Positions 31,557 through 41,996 of a DNA stretch of 54,446 nucleotides are shown here, in pieces (within the stretch, counting starts at the first letter, position 1; each line of letters begins with the position of its first letter). The notes under the pieces were generated by a model. It did no database searches, was not told the DNA's origin, and worked only from the letters and a program-made list of their open reading frames with translations. This DNA is from Leptolyngbyaceae cyanobacterium (GTDB lineage Bacteria; Cyanobacteriota; Cyanobacteriia; Phormidesmidales; Phormidesmidaceae): contig JBHJHA010000031.1 in the NCBI GenBank assembly GCA_050331235.1, positions 1 to 54,446 of the forward strand. Reading direction: 5' to 3'. A program made the position numbers and the translations under genes.

Positions 31557-33764
31557 ATGACCGCAGTTACTTCTAAGCCCACCGCTCCCGCATTTTGTGA
31601 GGGCATTCAACACTTCGCTGAGTCCCTGCCCGACTTTGACACCTATGGGCAAACCCCGGCCATCGCCGAGGGGCAAACCGCGATCGCGGCTCCTACTGAA
31701 ACAGCAGCGGTATATCAAACGATGTTGGCGGCAGATGCCCTGCGCTACCTCACCCTGCAAGTGACTGCCAGCAAGCAATCAGGTCACCCTGGCGGCTTTG
31801 CCAGCATTGCCGACGGCATCGCGGCCCTGGCCATGCTGGGTTACAAAAACATGGTCACTGAAGTCGGACACCACGCCCCCGGCTTTTATAGCACTGTGTT
31901 TCTGGATCGCTCCCTAGAAGCCATGGGCATTGAGACTGTACAGCAGCTCTGCGATCGCTTCCGCGAAACCCACGGGCTGTTAGGGCATCTCTCCGGGCAG
32001 ATTCCGGGGTTATTGAGTCCAGCAGGGCCCTTAGGTCAGGGTCAGCACTTTGCCATGGCGGGGGCCAAGCTGCATCCGGGCACCCTCTTCCCCGTCACCA
32101 TTGGCGATGGCGGCTTGGGTGAACCCTACATTATGAGTAGCTTCGGTCACTTTCATACCGCTTACCCCCACGTTACGAACTTTTTGCCAGTCCTCGTTTG
32201 GAATGGCTTTTCTCAAGAGCACCACAGCATGGTCTCGACCCAGTCCAACGAGGCCATGACAGCCTACTGGCAGGCCCACGGTTTTGAATCCGTGATTTTA
32301 GTAGATGCCAAAGCCTTCGATGATGCCGATCAGCCGGGTGCCTATGTTGATAGCACACAGTTTTCTCTCCAGCAGCGCCTCGCCTTTACCCAAGCGGTTT
32401 TAGAAGCCACCGATAAGGCCGCCAAATCGGCTCTGGGCGGCACGCTGACGGTGCTCATTATCAAACAGCTCAAAGGGGCTGGGGTCCATAAGCGCGGGGC
32501 CAAGTCCCACAACCTCTATCCCGGCGACAGCTTAGCTAAAGACTACTTCGTCGATGCGCTCACTACCCGAGCTCTGACGCCCGCCGCGTGGGATCTCGTC
32601 CGCACAAATTTGACGCGATCAATGGGGGGGCCAGGGTCCGCTACGGCGGTCACTGAGTCAGAGTTGCCGCTGCCAGATTTGGGTCAGCTACCGTTAGAGG
32701 AATTTGCGATCGCGGGCGATAAAAAAGTCGCCACTACTGCCATGGGAGCCTTAGTCGCCCATGTGGGCCAGCAAGACAGCCAGTTTGTGGTCACCAATGC
32801 GGATGGCAACGCTGCATCGGGAATCAACAACATCAACCAGGCGCTCAAAATCATTCACCCCACCCCTGACGAAACCTACTTTCAGCAGCCCCAGGGCCAG
32901 GTCTACGAACCCCTGAGTGAAGATGCTTGTGCCGGTTTGGCCGCTGCCCAAGCATTGTTTGGGGCGCGATCGCTCTGGTGCTCCTATGAATCGTTTGCCA
33001 TTAATGGTTTACCTATTTGGCAAACGGTGACCCAGGCCATGGCTGAGCTCCGCCGCCCGACCCCGTCCACCATTACCTTGTTTACGGCTGGGGCGCTAGA
33101 GCAGGGACGCAATGGTTGGACCCACCAGCGACCAGAAATCGAAAACTACTTTGCGGGCATGATGCGCAATGGCAACATCTTTCCGCTGTTTCCCGTCGAT
33201 GCCAACAGCATCCAAGCTTGCTACGAATGGGCCTTAGGCACAAAGAATAAGGGAATTACCATTACCGCCAGTAAGTCGCCCCTGCCCATTCGCACCACTT
33301 TTGACCAGACCCGCACAGCCTTGCAGCAAGGCGCGATTGAGCTCAGCGTTTCCCCCGGTAGCAAAACGGTGGTATTTGCCGTCATCGGCGATATGACCTT
33401 GATTCCGGTATTCGAGGCGGCTGAGCAGTTGGCAGCAGCGGCCATCGGCGTTCGCATCATCTCTATCATCAGCCCGCGACGGCTTTATCGGCCCACTGAC
33501 GTGGCCTGGGATGCCGCCGCCGAGCCCGATGGTGAGTTCCTCAGCGACACTGACTTTGCCCAATTATTCGCAGGGGATGCCCTGATTGGTGTGACCGGCG
33601 GTTCCTCCGCCATGCTGGAGCCGGTCATGCTGCGGAGTGCGGCTCCCCGAGATACCTTTGCTTGGCAGCGCGGTGATACCGCCGGGAGTGCGGCCCAAGT
33701 CATGGCCCTCAACGGCATCACGGCGGAAAACTTCGTTGCCCGGGCCCAGGCTCTGCTCCAGTAA
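31557..33764 (+). CDS. Phosphoketolase/transketolase-like TPP enzyme
   Basis: SGHPGG, GHHAPG, GPLGQG, GDGG..N TPP motif, EPLSEDACAG, SYESF, RNGWTHQRP. Confidence 0.88.
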   Translation: MTAVTSKPTAPAFCEGIQHFAESLPDFDTYGQTPAIAEGQTAIAAPTETAAVYQTMLAADALRYLTLQVTASKQSGHPGGFASIADGIAALAMLGYKNMVTEVGHHAPGFYSTVFLDRSLEAMGIETVQQLCDRFRETHGLLGHLSGQIPGLLSPAGPLGQGQHFAMAGAKLHPGTLFPVTIGDGGLGEPYIMSSFGHFHTAYPHVTNFLPVLVWNGFSQEHHSMVSTQSNEAMTAYWQAHGFESVILVDAKAFDDADQPGAYVDSTQFSLQQRLAFTQAVLEATDKAAKSALGGTLTVLIIKQLKGAGVHKRGAKSHNLYPGDSLAKDYFVDALTTRALTPAAWDLVRTNLTRSMGGPGSATAVTESELPLPDLGQLPLEEFAIAGDKKVATTAMGALVAHVGQQDSQFVVTNADGNAASGINNINQALKIIHPTPDETYFQQPQGQVYEPLSEDACAGLAAAQALFGARSLWCSYESFAINGLPIWQTVTQAMAELRRPTPSTITLFTAGALEQGRNGWTHQRPEIENYFAGMMRNGNIFPLFPVDANSIQACYEWALGTKNKGITITASKSPLPIRTTFDQTRTALQQGAIELSVSPGSKTVVFAVIGDMTLIPVFEAAEQLAAAAIGVRIISIISPRRLYRPTDVAWDAAAEPDGEFLSDTDFAQLFAGDALIGVTGGSSAMLEPVMLRSAAPRDTFAWQRGDTAGSAAQVMALNGITAENFVARAQALLQ

Positions 33765-33846
33765 ACTGAGCGGCTGGACTGGCGAAACATCTCTGAGAAC
33801 GCCTTGAGATGTTTCGCCTGGGTGAGACAATGAAGGTTGTATTGCC

Positions 33847-34419
33847 ATGCAGGAGCTTGGAATGAAGCACTCCCTACTTGCACTCTGTGCAACTGTTTTG
33901 CTGTGGTTGGGGCTAGCTCAGCCGAGCTGGGCCGCGATTCAAGAAGACATCGATTTGCTGAAACAAACCAATGAATGCCCGGTTTGTATCCTTGATGGTG
34001 CTGACCTGAGCGGTCTTGATTTGAGCGGAGCCAACCTCAAAATTGCCACATTGACCGATGCTAACTTGAGCAACGCGAACCTCTCGGAAGCCAATTTCAT
34101 CTTGGCGTATATGGACAACGTCAACCTCACGGCAGCCAATCTGCACGGGGCACAGCTTAATGGGGCACAGCTTTCGGAAGCCAATTTCAGCGGTGCTGAT
34201 TTAACTGGAGCAGAGCTGTCCCAAGCTAACCTGCTCAACGCCAATCTCTCCAATGCAGACTTAGAAGGGGCTGTCTTGCTGGCAGTCAAGCTGGGTGAAG
34301 CCAATCTTAAGGGTGCGAATCTCAAAGACGCTAACTTAAGAGGCGTCAATCGCAGCATGGCCCTGTTTTGCAACACGATTATGCCGGATGGCTCTATCGC
34401 GGATCGCAATTGCGAGTAG
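33847..34419 (+). CDS. Exported pentapeptide-repeat protein
   Basis: Signal peptide, CxxC cap, A(D/N)Lxx repeats, C-terminal FCNTIMPDG. Confidence 0.92.
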   Translation: MQELGMKHSLLALCATVLLWLGLAQPSWAAIQEDIDLLKQTNECPVCILDGADLSGLDLSGANLKIATLTDANLSNANLSEANFILAYMDNVNLTAANLHGAQLNGAQLSEANFSGADLTGAELSQANLLNANLSNADLEGAVLLAVKLGEANLKGANLKDANLRGVNRSMALFCNTIMPDGSIADRNCE

Positions 34420-34560
34420 CTGCAGCGATTGGACACAATCAGGTTTCAGCGGCGGCAGCAAGTCCACTGTTGCTAGCCGCTCGTTCCGCCCCCATCGCCA
34501 AATCTATAGATGGAAATATTCCCTCACTGTTCACCGCGCTAGTTTCACGGATTGATATTG

Positions 34561-36276
34561 ATGACTACCTCTAACCCCGCTCGGGATGTGCAAACACTGA
34601 CCATTGCCGCCAATACTGAGGTATTGCGATCGCGGAGTTGGGAGCGCTTGCGGTTTGAGATTGAGTATGCTCTAGAGCGGGGTACGACATCCAACAGCTA
34701 TTTGATTCGGGGCGATCGCCTGGCGCTGGTTGACGTTCCCGGCGAATCGTTTACCGACAGCTTTTTAACCGCTCTGGCCCAGCAAATTAATCCGGCAGCA
34801 CTAGACTACATTATCCTGGGGCACGTTAACCCCAACCGGGTAAAAACCCTCACTACACTCTTGCAGCAGGCTCCGAACGCCACGGTAGTCTGCTCTAATC
34901 CTGCGGCGAAAGCCCTCGAAAAGCTGTTGGAAAATCTGCCCAAAATCCAGGTGGCCAAGGCTGATGACACTGAAATCAATCTAGGGCGCGGTCATCGCTT
35001 AGGGTTTGTGCCAGTGCCCACTCCCCGCTGGCCCGAAGGACTGTGGACCTACGACGCTTACACCCAAGTCCTGTTTAGCAACAAGTTTTTTGGTATGCAC
35101 CGCTGTGATAACGCAGTATATGACCTCGATTGGCAAGATTTACTCAGCGATCGCCGCTATTACTTTGATTGCCTGATGGCGCCCAATGCCCGCCAGGTAG
35201 CCGTTGCGTTAGAAAAGCTGGAACTGCTGAACGTGCGGATGTTTGCCCCAGTACACGGACCCTTGGTGCGCTACCACGCTCGCGAGCTGCCTGAGGCTTA
35301 CCGGGAATGGAGCCAGCAGCAAAAGAGAAAAGAGCTATCGGTGGCGCTGGTCTACGCATCGGCCTACGGCAATACGGCGACCATTGCCCAAACCTTAGCG
35401 CGGGGCATCACCAAAGCTGGCGTAGCCGTGGAATCGCTCAATGCAGAGCAAGCGGATCCGGAGGAGATCAAAAGCGCTGTTGAAAAATCCGCTGGTTTCC
35501 TTATTGGATCGCCTACCCTAGGCGGGCACGCACCGACGCAAATCCAAACGGCGTTGGGAATTATTCTGTCCACCGCTTCCAAAAATCAGTTGGCAGGTGT
35601 GTTTGGCTCCTTTGGTTGGAGCGGAGAGGCGATCGACCTGCTGGAAAACAAGCTCAAAGACGGCGGTTACAGTCTCGCTTTTGACCCCATTCGGGTCAAA
35701 TTCACCCCCACCGAGTCAACCCTGCAATATTGCGAAGAGGTGGGTACGGACTTTGCCCAGTCGTTGAAGAAAGTCAAACGGGCAAAAACGCCAAGCACTC
35801 CCGCCACCTCGGTAGAACAGGCCGTGGGTCGTCTTGTCGGCTCGCTCTGTGTGGTGACCAGCCGCAAGGGCGATGCCAGCAGCGCGATGCTGGCCTCTTG
35901 GGTGTCCCAGGCTACCTTCTCGCCGCCAGGATTTACCGTCGCTGTGGCCAAAGACCGCGCCATTGAGTCGCTGCTGTATCCCGGCGGAGCCTTTGTGCTC
36001 AATATTTTGGCAGAGGGCGATCACCTCGGGCCCATGAAACATTTTCTCAAGCCCTTTGGCCCAGGGGAAGATCGCTTTGCAGGCATTGCGACCCGTGAAG
36101 CCGAAAATGGCTGCCCGATCATCGAAGCCGCGATCGCCTATTTGGAATGCGAAGTGGCTAACCGCATGGAGTGTGGTGACCACTGGGTAGTGTACGCCAC
36201 CATTCGCAACGGCGAAGTACTCAAGCCCAACGCTAAAACGGCTGTGCATTTTCGCAAAACCGGGACCCATTACTAG
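34561..36276 (+). CDS. flv1: Class C flavodiiron protein, Flv1/Flv2-type
   Basis: MBL + flavodoxin (YASAYGNT, GSPTLGG) + flavin reductase (ASWVSQA, GDH); non-canonical GHVNPNR instead of HTEPDH. Confidence 0.85.
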   Translation: MTTSNPARDVQTLTIAANTEVLRSRSWERLRFEIEYALERGTTSNSYLIRGDRLALVDVPGESFTDSFLTALAQQINPAALDYIILGHVNPNRVKTLTTLLQQAPNATVVCSNPAAKALEKLLENLPKIQVAKADDTEINLGRGHRLGFVPVPTPRWPEGLWTYDAYTQVLFSNKFFGMHRCDNAVYDLDWQDLLSDRRYYFDCLMAPNARQVAVALEKLELLNVRMFAPVHGPLVRYHARELPEAYREWSQQQKRKELSVALVYASAYGNTATIAQTLARGITKAGVAVESLNAEQADPEEIKSAVEKSAGFLIGSPTLGGHAPTQIQTALGIILSTASKNQLAGVFGSFGWSGEAIDLLENKLKDGGYSLAFDPIRVKFTPTESTLQYCEEVGTDFAQSLKKVKRAKTPSTPATSVEQAVGRLVGSLCVVTSRKGDASSAMLASWVSQATFSPPGFTVAVAKDRAIESLLYPGGAFVLNILAEGDHLGPMKHFLKPFGPGEDRFAGIATREAENGCPIIEAAIAYLECEVANRMECGDHWVVYATIRNGEVLKPNAKTAVHFRKTGTHY

Positions 36277-36590
36277 CCGCCATCCGCTCACTTCCTTGGT
36301 GGTGCGGGCCTCTAGCGCATCTAAACGAGCCCGGGGCGGCAGATGCTTCATCAATCGTGGCAATATGCGAACCGTCAAAGCGTCAGGCAGCCAAAATCCA
36401 GCACCCAGCACCCAAAACCTCGACCCAATATTCCGAGTGGACTCCCCATAAACCGTGGATGTACCGACGCTTTGGCGACGGCTTCATGGCAAGCTCAGAC
36501 AATTCAAGGCAGTCCCTGACAGCTGCTATTTTCTTTAACCGGGCGTGTCTCTACCAACCCTAACCCTCGGCTAAGAAGAGAAACGGCTAT

Positions 36591-38708
36591 ATGTTGAGTC
36601 ATACTGATTCGGCTGCGATCGCAGCCCCATTGCTGCTGTCTGCAGACAGCACGCTACTGTTGGATTATTCGCTAGCGGAGGAATCAGAAACGACCTTTGG
36701 TCAGTCTGCCGCACTGATCGATCCCGTGGGGAGCTTTTTCGAAGCACCAGTGGCCCCACGCACGATGCTGACAGCGCCCCAGATCCTGCTCGAATCACAT
36801 TGGGAACAGGTAGGGCAATTCACCGTTGGGACAGACTCCTCCAATCCTGCAGATCCGCTGTTTTCGGAAACAACCATCGGTCAGATTTGGGCTCAGACCC
36901 AGGCCGTGCTAGCCGACTTCTGGCAGACGGGCGATCGCTCTGCGGCCATGGCCGCAACATTTGGTTCAGCCGTTGCCCCGTCCCAGACAGCTAGCGTTGT
37001 AGATCAACTAATCAGCCAGCGCATTTTGCCCAAGCTTGAAGTGCTGCCCCAACGGCAACTCCAAGCTCAAGGGGCCTACGCCGCTGAGACCGACACCATC
37101 TTTCTCGCTAAAGAGCTATTTGGCCAACCGGAAAAATTGCTCCGGGTAGTATTAGAAGAACTCGGTCACTTCATCGATGACCACACGGGTCCGCAAGACG
37201 CCCCCGGTGACGAAGGCGCGCTGTTTGCCGCCCACGTCCTCGGCGATGACCTGTCGGCAACCGCGATCGCTGCCCTCAAAGCCGAAGATGACACAGCGAC
37301 GCTGACGGTCGATGGACAACCTCTCGCAGTGGAACAGGCGAGCTTTGGGACGGGGCACTTTACCGTAGCGGCTAATGGTCAGGTGGCGATCGAGTTTTTG
37401 GCTGACAGCGGTGCCTATGAGGGGCAACTGGCCGTATTTAGCCTGACGGGGATGGCAGGGCTTACTCCAGGCACCCCTGAATTCATTCAAGAGGCGGCCC
37501 GCCGTGCCCTCAGCAACTCACCGGCAGGCTATATCGTCATCAACGATCAAGATGAAGGAGCAAGCCTGACGGGGGAACTCGGCGAGAGCGATCGCAATTC
37601 GGGTCGTGCCAGCGGCGTTAAGATATTTAACTTTGACCCCGGCAGTGCTGTCGCGGTTATGCTCGTGCCCGATGGCAGTGTCCAGGCTGTCTTCGAAACG
37701 CCAACCGCCGAAGGTCGATTGCGCCCCTTGTTTTCTTTAGCTGCGGCTAACCCCGCCAATCGGGTCCATCTTGGGGAAGTACGCCCGGGCATCTTTGCAA
37801 TGGAAGATGTCCGGTTTGATGCGGGATCCGATGCTGACTTTAACGACGTAATCTTCCGACTCCAGGGGGTGACGGGTCAGGTCGAGCCGGTGACCAACCT
37901 CATCGGCAGCCGTCAGATCTGGGTCGACTCACCTCTGGGTCAGCAGCTCTTTCTGATTTCCGACGAGGCACTGGGCAATCCCGTGTTTATGGCGTCTAAC
38001 AATCCCATCTTGCCGCCTGTCAATGCTGCTAATTTGCAGGTTGCGTTTCCCACCAGTGGCACCCCCAAGTTCACCGCGAGCAACACCGAGGCGGATATCG
38101 CTGCTACCGGAGCCGCTCGCATCACGATTGGGACCCAGACAGTCTATATTGGCACGAATCAAGTAACGGCCATCAACCAAAATCCCATTGTGGCTAGCTT
38201 TGACAGTGTCAACCCGGCCAATAACTGGATTCGGACTGACTTGGAAGTAACCGGGGCAGACGGCAAAGGCTTGGGTCTGGCTTGGGATGGCAATAGTCTC
38301 TACGGCGTATTTACCGTAGACGGGACCCAGGGCACACCCGCCCAGGATTTTCGCCGCGTTTCGAATGAGGCTGAACAAGCTTGGTTGAGAACCTACGGTC
38401 AAGGCGGTGGGCCCGCAGTGTCAGTGCTCGCTCGGATCGACGCAGCAACGGGGGAGCTTTTGGATGCAGCGTATTTATCAGCTGTCCTCAGTAACGGCAA
38501 CAGCAATACCCTGAGGGTGCAAGATGTTGCCGCGAATGCCAGCGGCAATCTAGTGGTCAACGCTCAATCATTCTTTTCACCACGTCGTCCGGACGGTAGC
38601 GCCCTCACACCGCTCCCTGGCGTCGGATCCTCTCCATTTGCCTACACCATAGAAATCACTCCTGACCTGAAGCGGGTGGTGAGCACCGCTTCGCCTGGAT
38701 GGACCTAA
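36591..38708 (+). CDS. Large extracellular-type protein with DUF4114-like domain
   Basis: GAYA..DTI, LEELGH..D..DAPGDEGA module; F.MED..GSDADFNDVIF (DUF4114-like); beta-rich C-terminal domain. Confidence 0.75.
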   Translation: MLSHTDSAAIAAPLLLSADSTLLLDYSLAEESETTFGQSAALIDPVGSFFEAPVAPRTMLTAPQILLESHWEQVGQFTVGTDSSNPADPLFSETTIGQIWAQTQAVLADFWQTGDRSAAMAATFGSAVAPSQTASVVDQLISQRILPKLEVLPQRQLQAQGAYAAETDTIFLAKELFGQPEKLLRVVLEELGHFIDDHTGPQDAPGDEGALFAAHVLGDDLSATAIAALKAEDDTATLTVDGQPLAVEQASFGTGHFTVAANGQVAIEFLADSGAYEGQLAVFSLTGMAGLTPGTPEFIQEAARRALSNSPAGYIVINDQDEGASLTGELGESDRNSGRASGVKIFNFDPGSAVAVMLVPDGSVQAVFETPTAEGRLRPLFSLAAANPANRVHLGEVRPGIFAMEDVRFDAGSDADFNDVIFRLQGVTGQVEPVTNLIGSRQIWVDSPLGQQLFLISDEALGNPVFMASNNPILPPVNAANLQVAFPTSGTPKFTASNTEADIAATGAARITIGTQTVYIGTNQVTAINQNPIVASFDSVNPANNWIRTDLEVTGADGKGLGLAWDGNSLYGVFTVDGTQGTPAQDFRRVSNEAEQAWLRTYGQGGGPAVSVLARIDAATGELLDAAYLSAVLSNGNSNTLRVQDVAANASGNLVVNAQSFFSPRRPDGSALTPLPGVGSSPFAYTIEITPDLKRVVSTASPGWT

Positions 38709-38807
38709 GTTGCATGTTGGTAGCCTAGCTTCCTGGGTTACCGTCAAGGCTGCCTACGGAGCGGTGAAGCTTACCAAGCACGAGCCCTAGCAACTGAAAC
38801 TGCCCCC

Positions 38808-40208
38808 TTATGGAGTCAAGTTGCGCGGAGGAATCGGGTTGCCTTGATAAAACTTGCTTTCTAACTTTCGTAGCCATAGCCAAAGGGCGCCAGAGAGCAG
38901 CGGAGTAGCCGCTAGCAAGCTAGCGATTCCGAAGGTAAGGAAATCACTCAGCGAGATCGCGACTGGGACCAACGACCAGGCGATCGCGCTCGTCACTAAG
39001 GCAACGGTTTGCAACTGCTGGAGGCGTTTGAGGGCCGGGCGGCAGCTACCACAGTGCTGAGTGTGGGAAGTATAGCGATCCATCAGATCGTCAATGGACC
39101 ATTCGGGTGGCAGAGACTGTCCCGCGAACGGATCAGCCTGGTAGTCAATCACCCAATTGCGAAATGCCATCACGTAGCGATCGGCTGGAGTCGGCAGGTA
39201 GCACGCTTGAGCATAGGGCTTGTCGCCCGCTTTTTCCAAAAGCCGCTCTTGAATATGGAGGAAAATCTGATCATCTTCGAGCACACGGTTGTTGCCGATA
39301 TGGCTATACCAACGAGGCGTCAGCTTGATAAAAAAGCCGGGCAGCTTAGACGAAAATTTGAACGGGAACCGGGCAAACAAGCGACATTCCCCTTTGCGGG
39401 TCGGCACCGCATACACCACGGTCAAAGTGCGACCAAACTGCTGAGAGGTTAAGTCGTGGTACATCAAGTTGGGGGCAGCAAAGGTCGTATGCTGGGTGCC
39501 GAGTTTGCCTTTGCGGGGACCTTCAGGCCAGATGCCTCGAAAGCCAGCTTTCCCCGATTCAACGATATCCATCTGCATGGGAGCGGCGTTTTCTCGTTTG
39601 CCCACCGTTTTGTGGTGTGTATAGGGAATGTGGCTGGCATCCAACACGTTTTCTAACAGGGTTAAGGCATCGTAGGGTAAATCGCGAAAGGTGTTGAGCA
39701 GCACCCAGCCCTCCGGCTCATCTTCTAAAGGGGTGATGCCAGGAATGGTGACCTGCTCGGCATTGGCGGCGGTACCTGGATACACAAACAGCAGTCCCTG
39801 GTGAACGGCAGTGGGCAGCGATCGCGCACAAGCCCGGTTAGAGCGATAAGCCCCCATCTCAGGATCGGCTTGGGGGATCTGTTCGCAGGCACCGCTGCCA
39901 GCAAAGGTCCAGCCATGATATGGACATTCCAGCAGTCCCGCCTCATTCACCCGGCCTTCTGAGAGGGGGGCCAGCCGATGCGGACACTGATCGGCAAAGA
40001 CTCGCCAGGTCTCGGCTTTGGCATCCCACCAAATAACCAAAGGCTCCTCTAGCAGCGTGAATCGGGTCAATTTTGTCGGGTCTAAATCCTCAATGTAGTG
40101 AACGGGGTACCACGCCTCAGCCCAATCAAATCGCCCCGGGTCAGGGCCGCCGGCCGGCAGGGCTTGGGGAATCTGTGAAAGGTTAGTGGCGTCTTGAGTG
40201 ACCGTCAT
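38808..40208 (-). CDS. Rieske non-heme iron oxygenase, pheophorbide a oxygenase family
   Basis: CPHR..CPYHGW Rieske motif, ENVLDASH..THH, C-terminal HTQHCGSC and TMs. Confidence 0.92.
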   Translation of the reverse strand: MTVTQDATNLSQIPQALPAGGPDPGRFDWAEAWYPVHYIEDLDPTKLTRFTLLEEPLVIWWDAKAETWRVFADQCPHRLAPLSEGRVNEAGLLECPYHGWTFAGSGACEQIPQADPEMGAYRSNRACARSLPTAVHQGLLFVYPGTAANAEQVTIPGITPLEDEPEGWVLLNTFRDLPYDALTLLENVLDASHIPYTHHKTVGKRENAAPMQMDIVESGKAGFRGIWPEGPRKGKLGTQHTTFAAPNLMYHDLTSQQFGRTLTVVYAVPTRKGECRLFARFPFKFSSKLPGFFIKLTPRWYSHIGNNRVLEDDQIFLHIQERLLEKAGDKPYAQACYLPTPADRYVMAFRNWVIDYQADPFAGQSLPPEWSIDDLMDRYTSHTQHCGSCRPALKRLQQLQTVALVTSAIAWSLVPVAISLSDFLTFGIASLLAATPLLSGALWLWLRKLESKFYQGNPIPPRNLTP

Positions 40209-40383
40209 GGCTGTGAAGTATCCATAGCTGCTGCCTCTATTGTGTTACAAAACTTCATTTATTGTCAGTTACTGCATCCCGATCCTGATAGCCTTGCCTC
40301 ACATCTGATGCTTTTTGGGGAAATCAGCTTGAGGCATCCAGACAGCTGTGATTTGACATCTATTACGAAGGAAACGTCATCGA

Positions 40384-40647
40384 ATGGGTATGCCCTGCGA
40401 AGTGAATAGTGTCCTGAAGCTCAAGCCGAAGCAAGGCTATCCCAGGGTTTTACAGTTGGGCGATCGCCATCAAGTACAGAAGGAGAGCTATCGAATCTTC
40501 CCCCTCGACGTACCGATCTGTTTAGTCGATGAGAATTGGCAAGCCCATGCCGATATTGCGATCGAAAAGCTCACCTGGGAGGAGCAAATAACCCGGCTAC
40601 AATTTCGCATTGAGCGGGTTTATGAGCGCCCCTTTGCGGTGCAATAG
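40384..40647 (+). CDS. DUF2584-like small conserved protein
   Basis: MGMPCEVNSVLKL..K..YRIFPLDVPI. Confidence 0.75.
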   Translation: MGMPCEVNSVLKLKPKQGYPRVLQLGDRHQVQKESYRIFPLDVPICLVDENWQAHADIAIEKLTWEEQITRLQFRIERVYERPFAVQ

Positions 40648-40762
40648 CGCCCGACCAACAGCCCAGCAATTCAGGTAAATCAAGGCACTCAGCGGTGTAT
40701 CATCCCAAAGAAACCAGCGCTCTCAATGCCTAACTCATCATCCAAGAGGAACGACTTTCAGC

Positions 40763-41968
40763 ATGTATGCCCTGTCTAACTGCACGATTTACACCGGGTT
40801 GGAAGTGCTGCACGATCGCGTGCTCTTGATTGCTGACAACCAGATCAAGGCGATTTGCAGCACCGCTGAGCGGCCAGCGGATTGTGAATCCATCAATTTA
40901 CAGGGAGCCGCGATCGCCCCCGGCTTTATCGACCTCCAACTTAACGGCTGCGGTGGCGTCATGTTTAATGACGATATCTCAGCAACCACGCTAGAGGTCA
41001 TGCACCACACTAATTTGCGGAGCGGGACCACCAGCTTTTTGCCTACGCTGATTACCGCCTCAGATGCTGACATGTACCAAGCAATGTCGGTGGTGCAAGC
41101 CTATCGCGATGATCAACCCCACAGGGTGTTGGGGCTACATCTCGAGTGTCCCTACCTCATCCCCAAGCGCAATGGCATCCTCAACGGCGACTATGTGCGA
41201 TCGCCTGATGCCGCTATGGTGCAGGCCATGGTGCAGGCTGGACCAGCGGTGGTGCGGCTAGTTACCTTAGCGCCTGAGGTCACGCCGGCTGCAACCATTG
41301 CTCAGTTACAGCAGGCCGGTATTGTCGTTTCGGGGGGCCATACCAACGCGACCTACGCTGAGGCGATCGCCGGATTTGCGGGGGGCCTGTCAATGGTGCC
41401 CCATCTCTTTAACGCGATGTCCCCCTGGCAGAGTCGGCAGCCCGGCATGGTGGGGGCAGCGCTCAATCAACCGGAGGTTTACGCCGGCATTATTGCCGAT
41501 GGTCACCACGTTCATTTTGCGTCGATTGCCCTCGCCCATCAGCTCAAGGGCGATCGCCTGGTGCTGGTCACCGATGCCACGCCCCCCGCTGGCACCCAGC
41601 TGGAGTCCTTTATCATCGGCGGCCAGCGCGTGTACTACCAATCGGGCAAGTGTGTTTCGGCGGAGGGCACCTTAGGCGGCTCGGCGTTGACAATGATTGA
41701 GGCGATCGCCAACTGTGTTCATCACGTTGGCATTCCCCTAGCTGAAGCCTTGCGCATGGCCAGCTTATATCCGGCTCGGGCGCTCGGCCTCGCAGATCAC
41801 TATGGACAGCTGACGCCTGGCAGCGTCGCTAATATCGTCATTTTTGATGACGCACTGACTGTCCTAGCAGTTGTCGATCAGGGTAAATTAGTGTCGTTTG
41901 CACCGCCGGGGAAGATCGATTTTGCCCCTACTCTCAACCCCGATTCCACAGTGAAAACGTTAACGTAA
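40763..41968 (+). CDS. nagA: N-acetylglucosamine-6-phosphate deacetylase (motifs partly altered)
   Basis: PGFIDLQLNG, GTTSFLPT, TLAPE, GHTNA, HLFNAM, IADGHH, VTDA, LGGSALTM. Confidence 0.92.
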   Translation: MYALSNCTIYTGLEVLHDRVLLIADNQIKAICSTAERPADCESINLQGAAIAPGFIDLQLNGCGGVMFNDDISATTLEVMHHTNLRSGTTSFLPTLITASDADMYQAMSVVQAYRDDQPHRVLGLHLECPYLIPKRNGILNGDYVRSPDAAMVQAMVQAGPAVVRLVTLAPEVTPAATIAQLQQAGIVVSGGHTNATYAEAIAGFAGGLSMVPHLFNAMSPWQSRQPGMVGAALNQPEVYAGIIADGHHVHFASIALAHQLKGDRLVLVTDATPPAGTQLESFIIGGQRVYYQSGKCVSAEGTLGGSALTMIEAIANCVHHVGIPLAEALRMASLYPARALGLADHYGQLTPGSVANIVIFDDALTVLAVVDQGKLVSFAPPGKIDFAPTLNPDSTVKTLT

Positions 41969-41996
41969 AAGAGTTCGACATTCACCTGACACAATT

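Noticed and set aside
33939..34436. Repetitive antisense ORF (RLAPL-type repeats)
   Set aside because: Mirror image of the pentapeptide repeats on the plus strand
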